64,000 nt of DNA from Macrostomum lignano (GCA_002269645.1 NIVC01000462.1:587516-651515); one strand, 5' to 3'; counted from the stretch's first letter, positions 38,925 to 52,214 are shown. Made by a program: numbers and translations. The notes: generated by a model not told the origin, from the sequence alone.

Positions 38925-39437
38925 GCTCGCTGTCCAGCATTCAGCGTTGGAATAATTCAGCTCCTAAGGCTTCTAGACTGGACAAAATATTTTGAAAGAA
39001 TTTGAAAATTTGTCTTAACTACTTCATTGGGAGTTTTTTAAAGAAAAAAATGTAATAATTAACTTGCTAACTTCATATTCGGTTTTAAGCAACATGAAAG
39101 AAGGAAATACACAGTGCGTGACAAGCTTGAACCAGCTACCGCAAGCAATACTCTTCAAAATATGCATCTTTTTCAGTGCCAAAAGTGTACTGCCTTGTAA
39201 AGCATAGTTAAACAAAGCCGTCCTAGAATCCCTTGGGCATCCCTGCCCGCTGCCATTTTTACCTAACTAGCTGGCGGAGCCTTCTCCTGAAAGCTATTGT
39301 GCTTGCCTAGCTTTGGAACGTTGGAAGTAATTAATTATTAATCTGTGAGTTTCTTGACAACGCGGAGCTGCAAAGCTATTCGGGGGCCTTACTGTTGATT
39401 AGCAACTGAGTGGCTCTGTGAATTGGGAGAGATTTTT

Positions 39438-39496
39438 CCAGCTCAGTAAGCAATCTTTTGCTAATTAATGGACACCTGACGCACTCCTTGTTTTCT

Positions 39497-39535
<39 letters not shown>

Positions 39536-39601
39536 TAGCTTTTTCCAGCTCAGTAAGCAATCTTTTGCTAATTAATGGACACCTGACGCACTCCTTGTTT
39601 T

Positions 39602-39636
<35 letters not shown>

Positions 39637-39710
39637 GTAGTATAGCTTTTTCCAGCTCAGTAAGCAATCTTTTGCTAATTAATGGACAACTGACGCACTC
39701 CTTGTTTTCT

Positions 39711-39749
<39 letters not shown>

Positions 39750-39817
39750 TAGCTTTTTCCAGCTCAGTAAGCAATCTTTTGCTAATTAATGGACACCTGA
39801 CGCACTCCTTGTTTTCT

Positions 39818-39856
<39 letters not shown>

Positions 39857-39924
39857 TAGCTTTTTCCAGCTCAGTAAGCAATCTTTTGCTAATTAATGGA
39901 CACCTGACGCACTCCTTGTTTTCT

Positions 39925-39963
<39 letters not shown>

Positions 39964-40031
39964 TAGCTTTTTCCAGCTCAGTAAGCAATCTTTTGCTAAT
40001 TAATGGACACCTGACGCACTCCTTGTTTTCT

Positions 40032-40070
<39 letters not shown>

Positions 40071-40245
40071 TAGCTTTTTCCAGCTCAGTAAGCAATCTTT
40101 TGCTAATTAATGGACACCTGACGCACTCCTTGTTTTCTGCAGCAGCAGCAACAACAGCAGCAGCAGCAGTAGTAGTATAGCTTTTTCCAGCTCAGTAAGC
40201 AATCTTTTGCTAATTAATGGACAACTGACGCACTCCTTGTTTTCT

Positions 40246-40284
<39 letters not shown>

Positions 40285-40352
40285 TAGCTTTTTCCAGCTC
40301 AGTAAGCAATCTTTTGCTAATTAATGGACAACTGACGCACTCCTTGTTTTCT

Positions 40353-40391
<39 letters not shown>

Positions 40392-40459
40392 TAGCTTTTT
40401 CCAGCTCAGTAAGCAATCTTTTGCTAATTAATGGACACCTGACGCACTCCTTGTTTTCT

Positions 40460-40498
<39 letters not shown>

Positions 40499-40566
40499 TA
40501 GCTTTTTCCAGCTCAGTAAGCAATCTTTTGCTAATTAATGGACACCTGACGCACTCCTTGTTTTCT

Positions 40567-40604
<38 letters not shown>

Positions 40605-40620
40605 GGTATAGCTTTTTGCA
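39438..40620. repeat. ~107-bp minisatellite with an embedded (CAG)n tract in each unit
   Basis: About 11 units of agctcagtaagcaatcttttgctaattaatggacacctgacgcactccttgttttctg-(cag)n-tagtagtatagctttttcc. Confidence 0.95.
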
Positions 40621-40789
40621 GCCGATTTGGCATTACGCGCATTAAATTTAATCCAAAATGCGTTTGCCAATGCAACGGAGATTCAAAATTCAAAATGAGA
40701 AACACTCGAATGGCCAATGGCTGCTGCAGCTCGCTGTATGCGTTTCTCATTTTGAATGTCCAAATGATCATTTAGATTGTCAAAAACAA

Positions 40790-40965
<176 letters not shown>

Positions 40966-41767
40966 TTAAAAGTAAGGAGTTTTGGCCATAGACAGTTTTT
41001 AAGATTTCATTCTTTCCTTCTTTGTCTAGAGCACAGATACTAATACTAAATACCCATATTGTATTCAGTATCTGTGGTCTAGAGTGCTGGTGGGCTAATG
41101 TAGTAGTAGTAGTAGAAATAGTAGAAGTAGTAGTAGTAGTAGCTGTAGTTAGTGTGAATTGGCTATCTTATACCGATTTGAACTGTACTGCTTTGTGCGT
41201 TTGGCTGCTCAATTTTAGCTTACCATTTTAGACCCTCCCCCTCCACTGAACTGATCGATTTCTATTTATACGTACAGTACTTCTTCGCAATGTACATCGT
41301 TCGTCCTAACTACATGTACTCAGTTCTGTAATACAATATAAAGGACCAACGCGTCAGTTTAGAAACGCTGTCTACAACTTGCGGCTCAAGCCAATTCAAT
41401 CGCTTCGTGTCAATCTCATTTCATCACAGTTAGTTTATACTAAGCTAAGTGCTATCTTTATAAGAGTGCACTGCCATTCTCTACAAACTGTAAGATTTTC
41501 TTCACGAAAATTCCTTTCTAGCTACTATACAGTAGACGCTCTCTCATGTTATTGACATTTCTTCTCAGACAATGGAGCAGCAGACGTGTAGAATTCCATA
41601 GTACACAGGCAGGGTTGTACCCTGGGATAGGAGTAAAAGACACCTCTGATTGGTCGAACAGCGATGCGCTATCTCTTAATTGCGCACATTAAAGTCTGTT
41701 GGCTCTTATCTGCCTGGCGATTCAGAACTGCCGAATTCGTGCTTCAAGTTCCTCTCCTAGCAGAGAA

Positions 41768-42509
41768 ATGTTCCGCCCAGCAGCGGCTCTCTCCGTTCTG
41801 TTCTGCACTGCCCTCTTGCTGACTTGCGTCACCTGCAGGTTCGTCCGCTTCTCCTACCTGGGCTGCTATAAAGACAATCCGTCCACCAGAGACCTGAACG
41901 GGCTCAGTGGAGTCAGCAAGATCGGCGGGTTCAGTGTCCATCACCCTTCTGGTAGTGTCTCTTTGAGCATGATGTCGCACGAGCTGTGCAGCGGCATCTG
42001 CTCGATCGGTAGCTTCCCGTACTTTGCGGTGCAGTACAGGGATGAGTGCTACTGCGGTCACTCCTTCGGATCCCATGGCTTGGCGAGCGAAGCCGACTGC
42101 AGCATGGACTGCTTGGGAAACGCGATGCAGAAATGTGGCGGCCCCGCCAGAAACTCCGTGTTCTCCCTGAGCTACCCAGGTACTGTTCTGATTTCTAAAG
42201 CTCATTACCTATAGTCAGTTTGAAAACATGCTTACTAATGAGAAGCTGCATCTACCTTCAATTTCAGTTTCGGACAACAACACCTACACGGTAGTGAAGC
42301 AGTCCAGCCCTCCCGTGACATCCGGTGCCACTTCAGTCTGGCCTGTCGCTGCCCAGTCCGTCGAGGACTGCCTGCTCTGGTGCAGCGCCAGAGCCGACTG
42401 CCGGGCCGCCGTTTTCTCTCGACAGGAGCTCGCCTGCCACCTGCTGGAGTTCGTGTACCCGCCTGGCCACCTGAGCGGGCCCGAGTGGACTCTGTTCGTG
42501 CGTGGCTGA
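41768..42509 (+). CDS. secreted WSC + PAN/apple protein, gene 3; exons 41768-42179, 42268-42509
   Basis: Signal peptide MFRPAAALSVLFCTALLLTCVTC; WSC domain YLGCYKD...MQKCGGPARNSVFSL; phase-1 intron; PAN-like CLLWCSARADCRAAVF...ACHL. Confidence 0.92.
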
Positions 42510-44627
42510 GCTCGAGCCGTGCGGTGACCGACTGGCTCAGCTGATGAGCTGGAAAAGAACTCAAGCTCGTCTTTGATGCGAAATCCCACAGCCCTGATCT
42601 AACTAAAAATAAAAGCCTTAAAAATATTTGTGACGCTACGGGCATGACTAAATTAGGTATATTGCTTTCGCCCTACCGGTACAGTCACTCAAAGTCAGTG
42701 TGTAACTGACTTTACGTTTACTAACTCATCGTGTAACCAACCGAAGGTTGCAGGAGCAAGTACTCAACGCCACCGAGTGTTTGAGTTGCTAACGCTCAAT
42801 TAGCTAATGGGTGTTACTTTGCAGAATTAGAAGTAATCATTAAGAATGAATGTGTGTATATTGCATTGCATTACATTGCATTAAAAAACGTTGAAAAAGT
42901 AATATAGCAGTCGTTGGTCTATCTATCAACAGAAACCTTAAACTAGCTTAACTGCAACTCATATGATTCTGCTCCATCCTAGGAGAATATTTAATATTTA
43001 TGGTGCATGAACTGCCAGGCTACCTGAGTCCGTTGACAGTCAACCGCCCAGCGGATAAATTAAAGGATGAGTTGAGCATCATTAAAATATTTTCTGCTTA
43101 AACCAGCTAGTTTAGGCCGCGCTAGCCATGCTTTTTCCAACTGAAATTTGGGAGGGTAAAGTTTTTGTCTGACTGCGCAAGGCTTCGGGAGGATAATAAA
43201 ATATAATACTAATATGCGTTTTGCAATAGCCAACCAATTTAGCACAAAACTGCTGCAGCTCAGGAGCCCTGCCAGAGCTGAGTGAGCTGTGATGATGCCT
43301 ATGCATCTTCCGGAATCACACGCCAACCTTTCATACCAGCTCTTTCCAATTGCCTTTCCCACAGAATAGTCTTCATCTTGCATCATCACGTTCCGTCTGC
43401 AGTAGTAAGCAAGCATTGACTCCGGAAGCTTTCTAAGTACAATTTGAAACTCTGAATGCGATTTTACCGAGGAATGGCTGGCCACCTAAAATACAACTTT
43501 TGCTTCTTACCTGCTTTTTACTGCGCCCAATTTGGTGCGCTGCAAAGATTCCAGCAGAGTTCCTGTTCACTATAGACAAACTGAAATCACCATGCAGGCA
43601 ATCTGGTTTTCTTGCTATCAACTTGGTTTATTTCACGAACAACGAACTCCAATCCATCAGTCACGCTGCATCTACTGTCCTATCTCTGTCCACCAGACTG
43701 ATTTATCGGATACTTCTCTTCTTGAAGCTGTGAAATCCTAGAAGTCCTTGGCTTGCAGTCAAGCCAAATTGATTTGTGTTGTCTATGACTTTCTGTATCT
43801 TGTCTGTGTTAATCTCAGCACGCTGTCAGACTGCTGATGGCCACGCAACAAGTTAAATGAAGAAGTTCAAATCAATTTACACATACTCTTGTAGTAGACC
43901 TAAACGAATGTTCGAAAAGTGTGTCGTAAAACCAGGTGTAAATCAAAAAACTTTTTTAAATGAAACAAAACAGATTTTCGATATTATTGTGAACGTGAGA
44001 AATAACTCGAATTTAAAGAAACTTTAAAAAAATTTGGACCCATGCTGTTATTGCAGCTTACTTATGAACTAGGTTACTATAAAACGTTGACTACACTTGA
44101 TTTAAAGCTTTTTAAGACTCATAACACACATCCTGCTTCTTATTTAGCTTTTATAGCGTTTGATGCGTTTCAAAAATCCCTTGACTAACAACTGAACTGA
44201 AATTCTGAACTGAAATTGAAATAAACGTTTTAAAACTTTATGGCAAAAGCAGGTGTAAATCAATATATACATTTTAATTTGAAATCAGCTTATCAATTTT
44301 TATGTTACCGTGAAAAAATACTCGAACTTAAAGAAACTCCAACACTTTGAACCCTTGCTATTTTTAAAGCTTACTTATATAGAGTCATTTGCTATGAAAT
44401 GAGAAGTACACGCAAAGTCTCTAGTAGCAGGACACACACTTTAAAAGTGTTGAAAACGGACACAAAAGCCTATATAATGCGTCTAAAAAGTACATGAATT
44501 TCTAAAACAGAAGCCTTTTTTTCAAAGCCAATCTGAAAAAAATAGCTTCACTTCTATCTGAACAATTAACAAGCGGTTTGTTTTATTTTTCACATCAGAT
44601 TAATTGGCTGCCAGGATCGCACGTCAG

Positions 44628-45362
44628 TCAGCCGCGCACAAAGAAGTCTCCATCGATGCTGCTCAGACTGGCAGGCGGGTAGGCGAACCTCAGCAGGTGG
44701 CACAGGCGCTGCTGGCCAGAGAAAATCACAGCCTGGCAGTCAGCTGAGGCCTCGCACAGCATCAAACACCCGATGTCGGTTCGGGCATCGCTGGTCCAGT
44801 AGGTGCTCTGGGTGGACTCCACCGTCTGGCTGGGCCTTTGCGACTGCTCGAAATAATTTTTATCTGTAAAAATGTACACAGACTTTTACCAAATTGGCCG
44901 AACTTTGGTTTTAAATGCCTAAATGGTTGTATTGCAATATTAAGGACAGACTCAAGAACAAGGTCTTGAGGTCAAGGCAAACACGGAATTGCGATAGCCG
45001 CCTCCGCATTTAGGAGCTCCGTTCCCAGCGCAGACGCTGCTGCAGTCGGTCTCGCTAGCAGCTCCCAGAGATCCGTAGGAGGTGCTGCAGTAACAATACC
45101 CACCGACCTGGATACCAAAGTACGGGAAGCCGCCCAGAGAGCAGACGCTGCTGCAGAGCTCGTGTGTCATATTGGCATTGTGGAATGCGTGGTTGCTGGT
45201 ATCCATGCTGAACTGTCCAATTCTGCTCACACCGGCGAGTCCCTTCAGATCTCTGTCTCCATTGTCCACAAAGCAGCCAATATAGGACATCTGAGTTACT
45301 CTACCGGCAGCACAGAGCACCGGGACGGCGAGACCCACAATGCAGGCGATGGTCTTGAGCAT
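44628..45362 (-). pseudogene. WSC-PAN gene 4 with lost splice donor; WSC-only 136-aa ORF 45362-44952 and intact PAN exon 44863-44628
   Basis: The paralog sequence acc tac cca g|gt is replaced by acc tcaagaccttgttcttga, so exon 1 reads into a stop. The PAN exon and its acceptor are intact. Confidence 0.75.
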
Positions 45363-46995
45363 AGCTACGAGTACTTGAGTAGCTGGGATTTAAGTTCTGC
45401 TGCTGCTTATACGATTGTAATAAGCGATGAAAAGCTCTCTTTGTCTGCTTTTAGATCGGTTTTCTAGAGTCAATCTGGTTGGATGAAAGCCAGTGCACTA
45501 ATGAGAGCGGCAATGGAAGTTCCGCTATGTCAGCATCGGCGGTCTGGTTCCTTATGTCCGCAGGGATCTGCAACATTGCCGCGGTCTTGACTGGGCTGGT
45601 TTTTATTCTGAAGTGATCGTTCAGACCGAGGCCCTACCTGACTGCCAGCGGGTTGAAGTAGCTCCAGGTGATCGTTGAGAAAATCTTTAATTTTTTCATC
45701 ACACAGACCTCGACGTTGACGGTCTCGCTAGAGCACCAAGTTGACGCGGCGGACGCTGGTCTGCTGCAGGATGTTTTTAAGATCAGCCACGAGGACTTAC
45801 CAACGCGGTACTTTGTATCTATGCATTACACTTTAACGATGTCATTCTGGCCTTAGGGTCTTCTTCCGGAGACTACAAGTGCTACAAGAACTTTGTAGCG
45901 CCTGACCTGGTTTGCGTTCGCCTGACGCATTCTCTTTGGAGAAGTCCGACTTTTTGAGCGATCAGCCTTCTCTTTGATTGCTTAGCCAACTGCCGTCTGT
46001 TCATAGCAGTTGGTACGACATTCGAGCAATTCCAGAGAGTGGCAGCCTGACCTTCTGGTTGAGGCTCGAATCCAAATGCCACCCTAAAATTGATAGGTTA
46101 AGATGCAAGCCATCATTTGTTGACGGCTATTTAGTGTCAGTTTTGCGATCACAGCCGTTAGAACAGTTCGGCTTTTTTGTCCTGAGGATCGACGAATGTA
46201 CATGTACTCACTTTGACGTAGTTTCATAGTTTACTTTGGTGATTTAGCCATTATTTTCTTAGATACGAAATAACTTACCCATAAAATAAACTACTAGATT
46301 AAATTTTTAGGTGTCGCACTCAGTCGGCAGTCTTTGTTCTTTGTTCTCGGCTGTCAGCGGGAGTTTGTCCCTAATTTATACCGTAACATAATTCTTGTGA
46401 CAGTCTTTTGCCATTTCCGCTTACCTTTTTAACCGCAGTAAAAATGTTTCACGGGATTTCTTACTTAAAACTGGGCCCGATAAAGCTCCTTAGTCTAAAA
46501 ATGCGGACGCCCAAAGGTTTTTTTCCGACAGGCACTTGATTCACGCTTGAGCTATATCTTATGGATGCTGGAGTTCCATAGGCACCACAGACCTGAAGGA
46601 ACTGTTGGCAGGCCCAAACTGCCCGATGCTTCCGCCCAGACTTCACACAGGAGCCAACTCATCAACAGAACGTTGAGTTATCCGCCGGCTACGACACATA
46701 ATTTGCCTAGATTCCAAAAAGACGACTACTAGCCATGCAAAGGGTCTTAAATATGAGTGTAAATTGAAAAAGAACACTGCCTAAACTTTGCTCTGGTACT
46801 TAACTCATTTTTTATTATCCGCATCGTTTAATAGCAGAGAAATGTATTGACTATTGACTGACAGCGACCATGTTACTACTGTGACTGGTAAGTAGTAAGT
46901 GTAAATTAGTTTTAGACTTAGTTTTAGCAGCTTCATTGTCCAAAGTTCATCTAAAATTGTCCAAAGTTCTAGCTCAGGACTCTAACACGAAGCCA

Positions 46996-48191
46996 TCAAG
47001 CGCGGGGGAAGAACTCTCCAGTCACGTTCGCCTGAGACGGCGGAACTCCAGCAAACGGCAGCAAGTAGCACAGGTGCTGATGCTGCGAGAGCAACACAGC
47101 CTGGCAGTCGCTGGCTGAAGTGCACTCATTCAGACAGGTGACCAGCTGCACAGATTGGATTCTGCGGTAAGCTGGTCGGGGGAAAGAATCTCCTACACTG
47201 AAGCTGGCGCGATCCACAGCGATGTTGAAACTGTTCGTTGCTGAAAAGTGGCAGTTACCATGACTTTTGTGTACGGCAGTAGTGCTTGTTGATAAACGAC
47301 ATACTGCACTATATATGCATCTAATATAAATATACTTTTATTTACATTATAGACAAGTACTTAATTTAATTGAAAACTGAGAATTTGGTGCTGAGAATAC
47401 AAAATGTACACTTTCTGTAGCATGAGGGTTGGTCCTTAAATGAGTTTGAATCGCACCACAAACTCAGTTAGCTCCAAGTGAATGTTCGCCGCGCCACGGA
47501 TTCGAACCAGGGATCCTGGCGCTAGAGTTTGACGCGTTTACCGGTTAGCAGGTTAGGTTTGAAATTAGGTTAGCGAAAATACAAGCGAGAGACAAGAAAT
47601 CTCCTAATTTTGTTTCTTTGCAAGTCTCTAGTTGCAAAATTCTATCGTTAAAATCAGCAAACTTGCCAGAAGAGATCGCGCAAAGCAAATTTATTCTTAG
47701 CGATTTTCGGATCACTTCGGTCCGACTGTGAAAAGTTTTGTCTGCCAATTTACTCAAAATGCAAAGAAATTTGAATAAAATCACTCACACAAATACGTCT
47801 GAGAGTACACGGAGTTTCGATCTGGTCCGCCGCAGATCTCGCAATTCTCGTAGCATTGGTCTGTGCTGGCCGCTCCTTGCGAGCCGTACGACAGCCCGCA
47901 GTAGCACTCCTTGCCGAACTGCACGCCGAAGTACGGGAAGCCGCCCAGAGAGCAGATGCGGCTGCACAGTTCCAGCGTCATGGACGTGTTGGAGACGCGG
48001 CCGGGGGAGTGCACGGAGAACTCGGCCAGGCTCTGCACTCCCCGCAGTCCGTGAAGGTCCCTGGCACCGTCTCTCGTGTCTACGTAGCATCCGAGATATT
48101 CAAATCGGGCGAGTCTCCCAGCAGTGCCCAGAAGCAAGAGGCTCAGGGACAGTGCCACGAAAATCAATTGCGAGTTTCTCAGTGCCTTCAT
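46996..48191 (-). CDS. secreted WSC + PAN/apple protein, gene 5 (divergent); exons 48191-47789, 47240-46996
   Basis: MKALRNSQLIFVALSLSLLLLG signal; FEYLGCYVD...MTLELCSRICSLGGFPYFGVQFGKECYCG; phase-1 GT-AG intron; CLNECTSASDCQAVLL...LCYL. Confidence 0.88.
47488..47550 (-). other. tRNA-derived SINE-head-like segment in the intron of gene 5
   Basis: Reverse strand gctaaccggtaaacgcg...ggttcgaatcc shows A/B-box spacing; the acceptor stem does not close. Confidence 0.4.
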
Positions 48192-49461
48192 GGTCCACAG
48201 CGACAAGCAGCAGTGCTGCGTTTTGTCCTGCTCCTCTGGAGAAGATTCTGTCAAATCAGCTCGGGTGTGAAGCGAATTTATCCCCAACAGCCAAACGAGT
48301 GAAGAGGCTTCGGTAAACAATTTAAGCCCACTACCTATAATGAGTTTGTAAAAGCAAATTGATGGTAAAAAGTCGCTAATGGGAGACAAAACGAGGTATT
48401 AGTGATAAACTAATCACTAATAGTTTACCAGACGTATCTGCTAATGGAGGACGGATTGAAACAGCTCGTATCTGCTGCATATTTGTAGTTAAGTGGTTTA
48501 AAACCCAGACGCTCGTATCCCACTCTATCAGCTCGCATGACGGCCTCTCAGGTTCTCAAGCTCCAGAACCTACTGCTAATAAAAATTGAGTGCGGTATTC
48601 ATCGCAATTAGCTGACAAACATTTTTTATGCAATGCTCAACAACTTTTTATGAAAAAAGCTTGTTTTAGAAGAGTAATTATAGATCAATGGACCTCAAGT
48701 CAGGCAAGGGGGCATGTCTCCAACCGATTAGAAGCCGTAGTGGACATTCCAATCGCTTTATTGACCGAGAACAAACACTTAAATTCCATTAGACTCCATT
48801 ATCTTTTGAGCATAGCAATGAGGCTGAGCCCAAAATTGAATGTGAGAAGTCGTTGCGATCATTTTGGGTTTAGTACATTTTGAAGGTACGTTACGAGCAT
48901 ATGACAATAATTTAGCTAAGTGTACGCATCATGCGAGGGCCATGGACACAGGACACAAATGGAAAATCACGTTATTCGAACATTCATAATACGCTAAACT
49001 TAAGGAAATGCTACTGGAGACGACTGAGTAAAATTCAGTTGTATCTGAAGCCATTTTGATTGTAATAACTATGGAGCTAGCTGTGCTCTCTACCTTTTTT
49101 CTTTTCTGCAAGTGGGAGCAACCGTGATTGATTGGATCAGTTGCAGCTCTGGCCCAAATCTTATGTTACTGGGACTCTGATAACTGCTAGACTTGCTCCC
49201 AATGAAACTAGATCAGGTAAGCCTGAAATTCAACGCTACTCACGGTTCGAGCAATAAGTTGCTGGGTTAATTTAATTAACCAAAGTTTCTAGTGGTCCTT
49301 GGGCTTGGCTTTCCTAGAAAGAAACGAGTCAAAATTCAGCTGCGGAATGAACGCCCGGTCAGGGAGATGTCAAATATATTTGGTTGGTTTCTTGATTTAA
49401 CAAACGTAAAGCGTAAAAAGTATTTCAGCTTTATTGGGTCACTGTCTTTAAGACTTCAATT

Positions 49462-51127
49462 CATTAGTGAAGGGGAGGCAAAGACAAAGACAAAGACAAA
49501 CCGAGTGTGGCGATGGCGAGGCAGCGAAAAGCCAGAGGATGCAACCCTCAGTCGATCGTATTTATTTCATGCCTTGTTAAAACGAATTAAAATTATTAAA
49601 AATTATAAATTAGCGAGGAAAAAAAATCCAACCGCGAGCAACCCCGCGCAGCCACAAAGGTGGCGGCCTAAATAGACACGCGCACGCACAAACGCACCCA
49701 CCATCCCACCAGACAGCCAGCACCCAAACAGCCCCCTTTGCACTAACAGCGGTTAGCCCTCGCGGGCTCGCGCAAACCGATGCATTAGTGAAGGGGAGGC
49801 AAAGACAAAGACAAAGACAAACCGAGTGTGGCGATGGCGAGGCAGCGAAAAGCCAGAGGATGCAACCCCAAGGCCAAACACAAATGAATGAACGAAAAAG
49901 AGAATTTACGAAACGGCGGAAATAAGGCTGGGGATAACAGTGGAAATAAAACTTTGAACACATGAAAAAGGCCATTTAAAGGCAACCCTCGCTAAAAGCA
50001 CCAGCAAAACGCGAACCAGCCCGCACAGAATCAGCAGATGGAAGGTAGGCAGTCACAGCATCACTTCGCCAGTCACCGATGCACTTCACCTCTTGAACAG
50101 ATAGTCCGAGACGGTAGGCCCAGGTGGCACCACCTCTGCGCAGGCTGTGCGCTGAGAAAGAACGAGCGTCCTGCTCAGCAGTTGCTAGGCAGCGCTTGAG
50201 GAACCTGTCGAATCTTGAGGCAGACAGGACAACAGAGGATCCGCTCGCCAACTGATAGGAGAACACAGGCTGCCTGCAGCCAAGCTTGCTGACACGGAGG
50301 TGACCCTCTAGCGCAGCCACTGGGCAAAGCGGATGTCCTTCTTTTAGCCTTGGAAGCAACACCCGGTGCAGCTTCGCGCCGAACTGATTCGTCTTGCCAT
50401 AACTGACAGAGAGCACAACCCCCTTCGGGTGGCGTTGAAAGGCCGAGACGGAGATCGGTGAGGCGGACTGCTGACTGGGCAGGAGACTGGAGCGCCGAAA
50501 CATCCCCCACCAAGCAATAAGCGTCACCAGCCAGCAGACTCTGTCAAGCGAACTGCTCGAGTTAAGCCGGTTTTTCAGAGACAGCAGCATCGCAGGCGAG
50601 ATCGGCAGCTTCCGTCTTGGTCGCTGGCCCATCCTCCGTTTAGCGCCGCGAACGAGCAGTGAGACCAGGTGGTGTTTCGTTAGGTCCTCAGCACCACAGG
50701 CTTTGAACCAGCTGGACAGTGCACTGACATGGACACGCAGACTGTTGAACGATCTCAGGCGGCATTCGACGAGGTGAGCCAGGTAGTTGAGTAGCACCGA
50801 CCGGTCGGATCGAGCCGGGTTGGTCCCGTTCTCGTTGCAGAAGTTGTGCCAGGACCGGACGGCCGATGAGATCGCCCTGCGTGACTGCGGTGCGTATGCT
50901 GCGGCGAGGAGGCTGGAGGCGGCGGCGCCGAGGGTCGGCGTTGCAGGGAGGCGGCCTGTGAAAAAAAAATCCAACCGCGAGCAACCCCGCGCAGCCACAA
51001 AGGTGGCGGCCTAAATAGACACGCGCACGCACAAACGCATCCACCACCCCACCAGACAGCCAGCACCCAAACAGCCCCCCTTGCACTAACAGCGGTTAGC
51101 CCTCGCGGGCTCGCGCAAACCGATGCA
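49462..51127 (-). mobile_element. Ngaro/PAT-type split-direct-repeat element carrying only a tyrosine recombinase
   Basis: Sense order A1 (51127-50961), YR, B1 (49868-49783), A2 (49784-49619), spacer, B2 (49547-49462). A is ~166 bp with ~3 mismatches; B is 86 bp and identical by eye. Confidence 0.85.
49976..50960 (-). CDS. DIRS/Ngaro-type tyrosine recombinase, uninterrupted frame, start codon unclear
   Basis: Catalytic set R (GMFRRSS), K (GKTNQ), HxxR (AHSLRRGGAT), W (IGDWRS) and Y (TAYL), plus an N-terminal YAPQSRR...SWHNFC helix region. Confidence 0.85.
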
Positions 51128-51451
51128 ATATCACCCATTGAATTTAATGCATAGCTTGTAGGCTCGTAGGCTACCATTTTTTTTCAAGCGCAAATCAGGG
51201 AGCAGCGACGAATAACGATGAAAAGTTTGGGTGCTACTTTACCCTAACAAAACAACGGCAGGACAGAGACAGCATGGAGAGATTTAAGCCACATATAGCC
51301 TGCAAAGAGGTTAGCAGAGCAGAAAAAACAAAAAAGACAGCAGACGGTGGCGAGACAAAAAGAGTCAAAAAGACAGTCAAAACCAATTAACACCTTCAGC
51401 AACCGACCAGTGAAGTATGCAGAAAAATGATAGAACTGCCTAGAAAAATAT

Positions 51452-51790
51452 CTATGCTCAGTAACAGTCTAAAGATCCACCCTCCAAGTGGGATGATTTT
51501 TCTCACTTACTGAAAGTGACGCGAAACTTACTTCCACTTGGAGGTTGTCCAGGATGACAACGCGCCGCCACACCTGAACTGAAGAAAACAGCTACAGCTA
51601 CGCACTCTGCGCTGGCCTTCATGGTTCCCAGACATGAATCCCATTGAGCATGTTTGAGACTTCCTAAATCGAAAAGAGAATCCACTACAGAATGTTGCGT
51701 AGCTGCGTCATGCCATTGAAAACGCTTGGCAGCAGCTTCCCCAGGACTTTCTTCGCCCCCTCATCTTGGGGATGCCCTGCAGAGTCGCCC
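51452..51790 (+). pseudogene. Tc1/mariner derivative: degenerate TIR plus C-terminal transposase fragment
   Basis: QDDNAPPH...WPSWFPDMNPIEHV*DFL...[25 protein letters not shown]; the left end matches the TIR of 58203-58701. Confidence 0.8.
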
Positions 51791-51794
51791 TGCA

Positions 51795-52080
<286 letters not shown>

Positions 52081-52214
52081 AGATCGTCGGCATGGCTGGT
52101 TCCAGTAGGTAGTTCCTGTGGATAAAAGCGCTTACCGCGCCCATTGGCTTTCCAGCTGCCTTAATCGTTTCCGGTGATCTTGTGTGCGTGCATTCAGCTT
52201 GATCTCGCTATCTA

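Larger units (their letters stand above)
20818..38980. repeat. tandem segmental duplication (copy 1 ~20818-30510, copy 2 ~30585-38980)
   Basis: Homology starts at ttaatgaaactgttgg in both copies. Matching ORFs are identical or nearly so (e.g. 21672/31445, 23166/32953, 26266/35852). The length difference comes from satellite copy number and a pPolB deletion. Confidence 0.97.

Noticed and set aside
27175-40620. CRISPR-like arrays (Sat4 and the 107-bp repeat)
   Set aside because: There are no unique spacers and no cas genes, and the context is eukaryotic.
39240-40780. Possible hAT transposase remnant on the minus strand around the CAG minisatellite
   Set aside because: Only vague motif resemblance, with many stops; it needs a profile search.
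43060-43741. 141-aa ORF and neighbours between genes 3 and 4
   Set aside because: There is no recognisable motif, starts are non-ATG and other frames have stops. It may be an old transposon remnant, but I cannot support a call.
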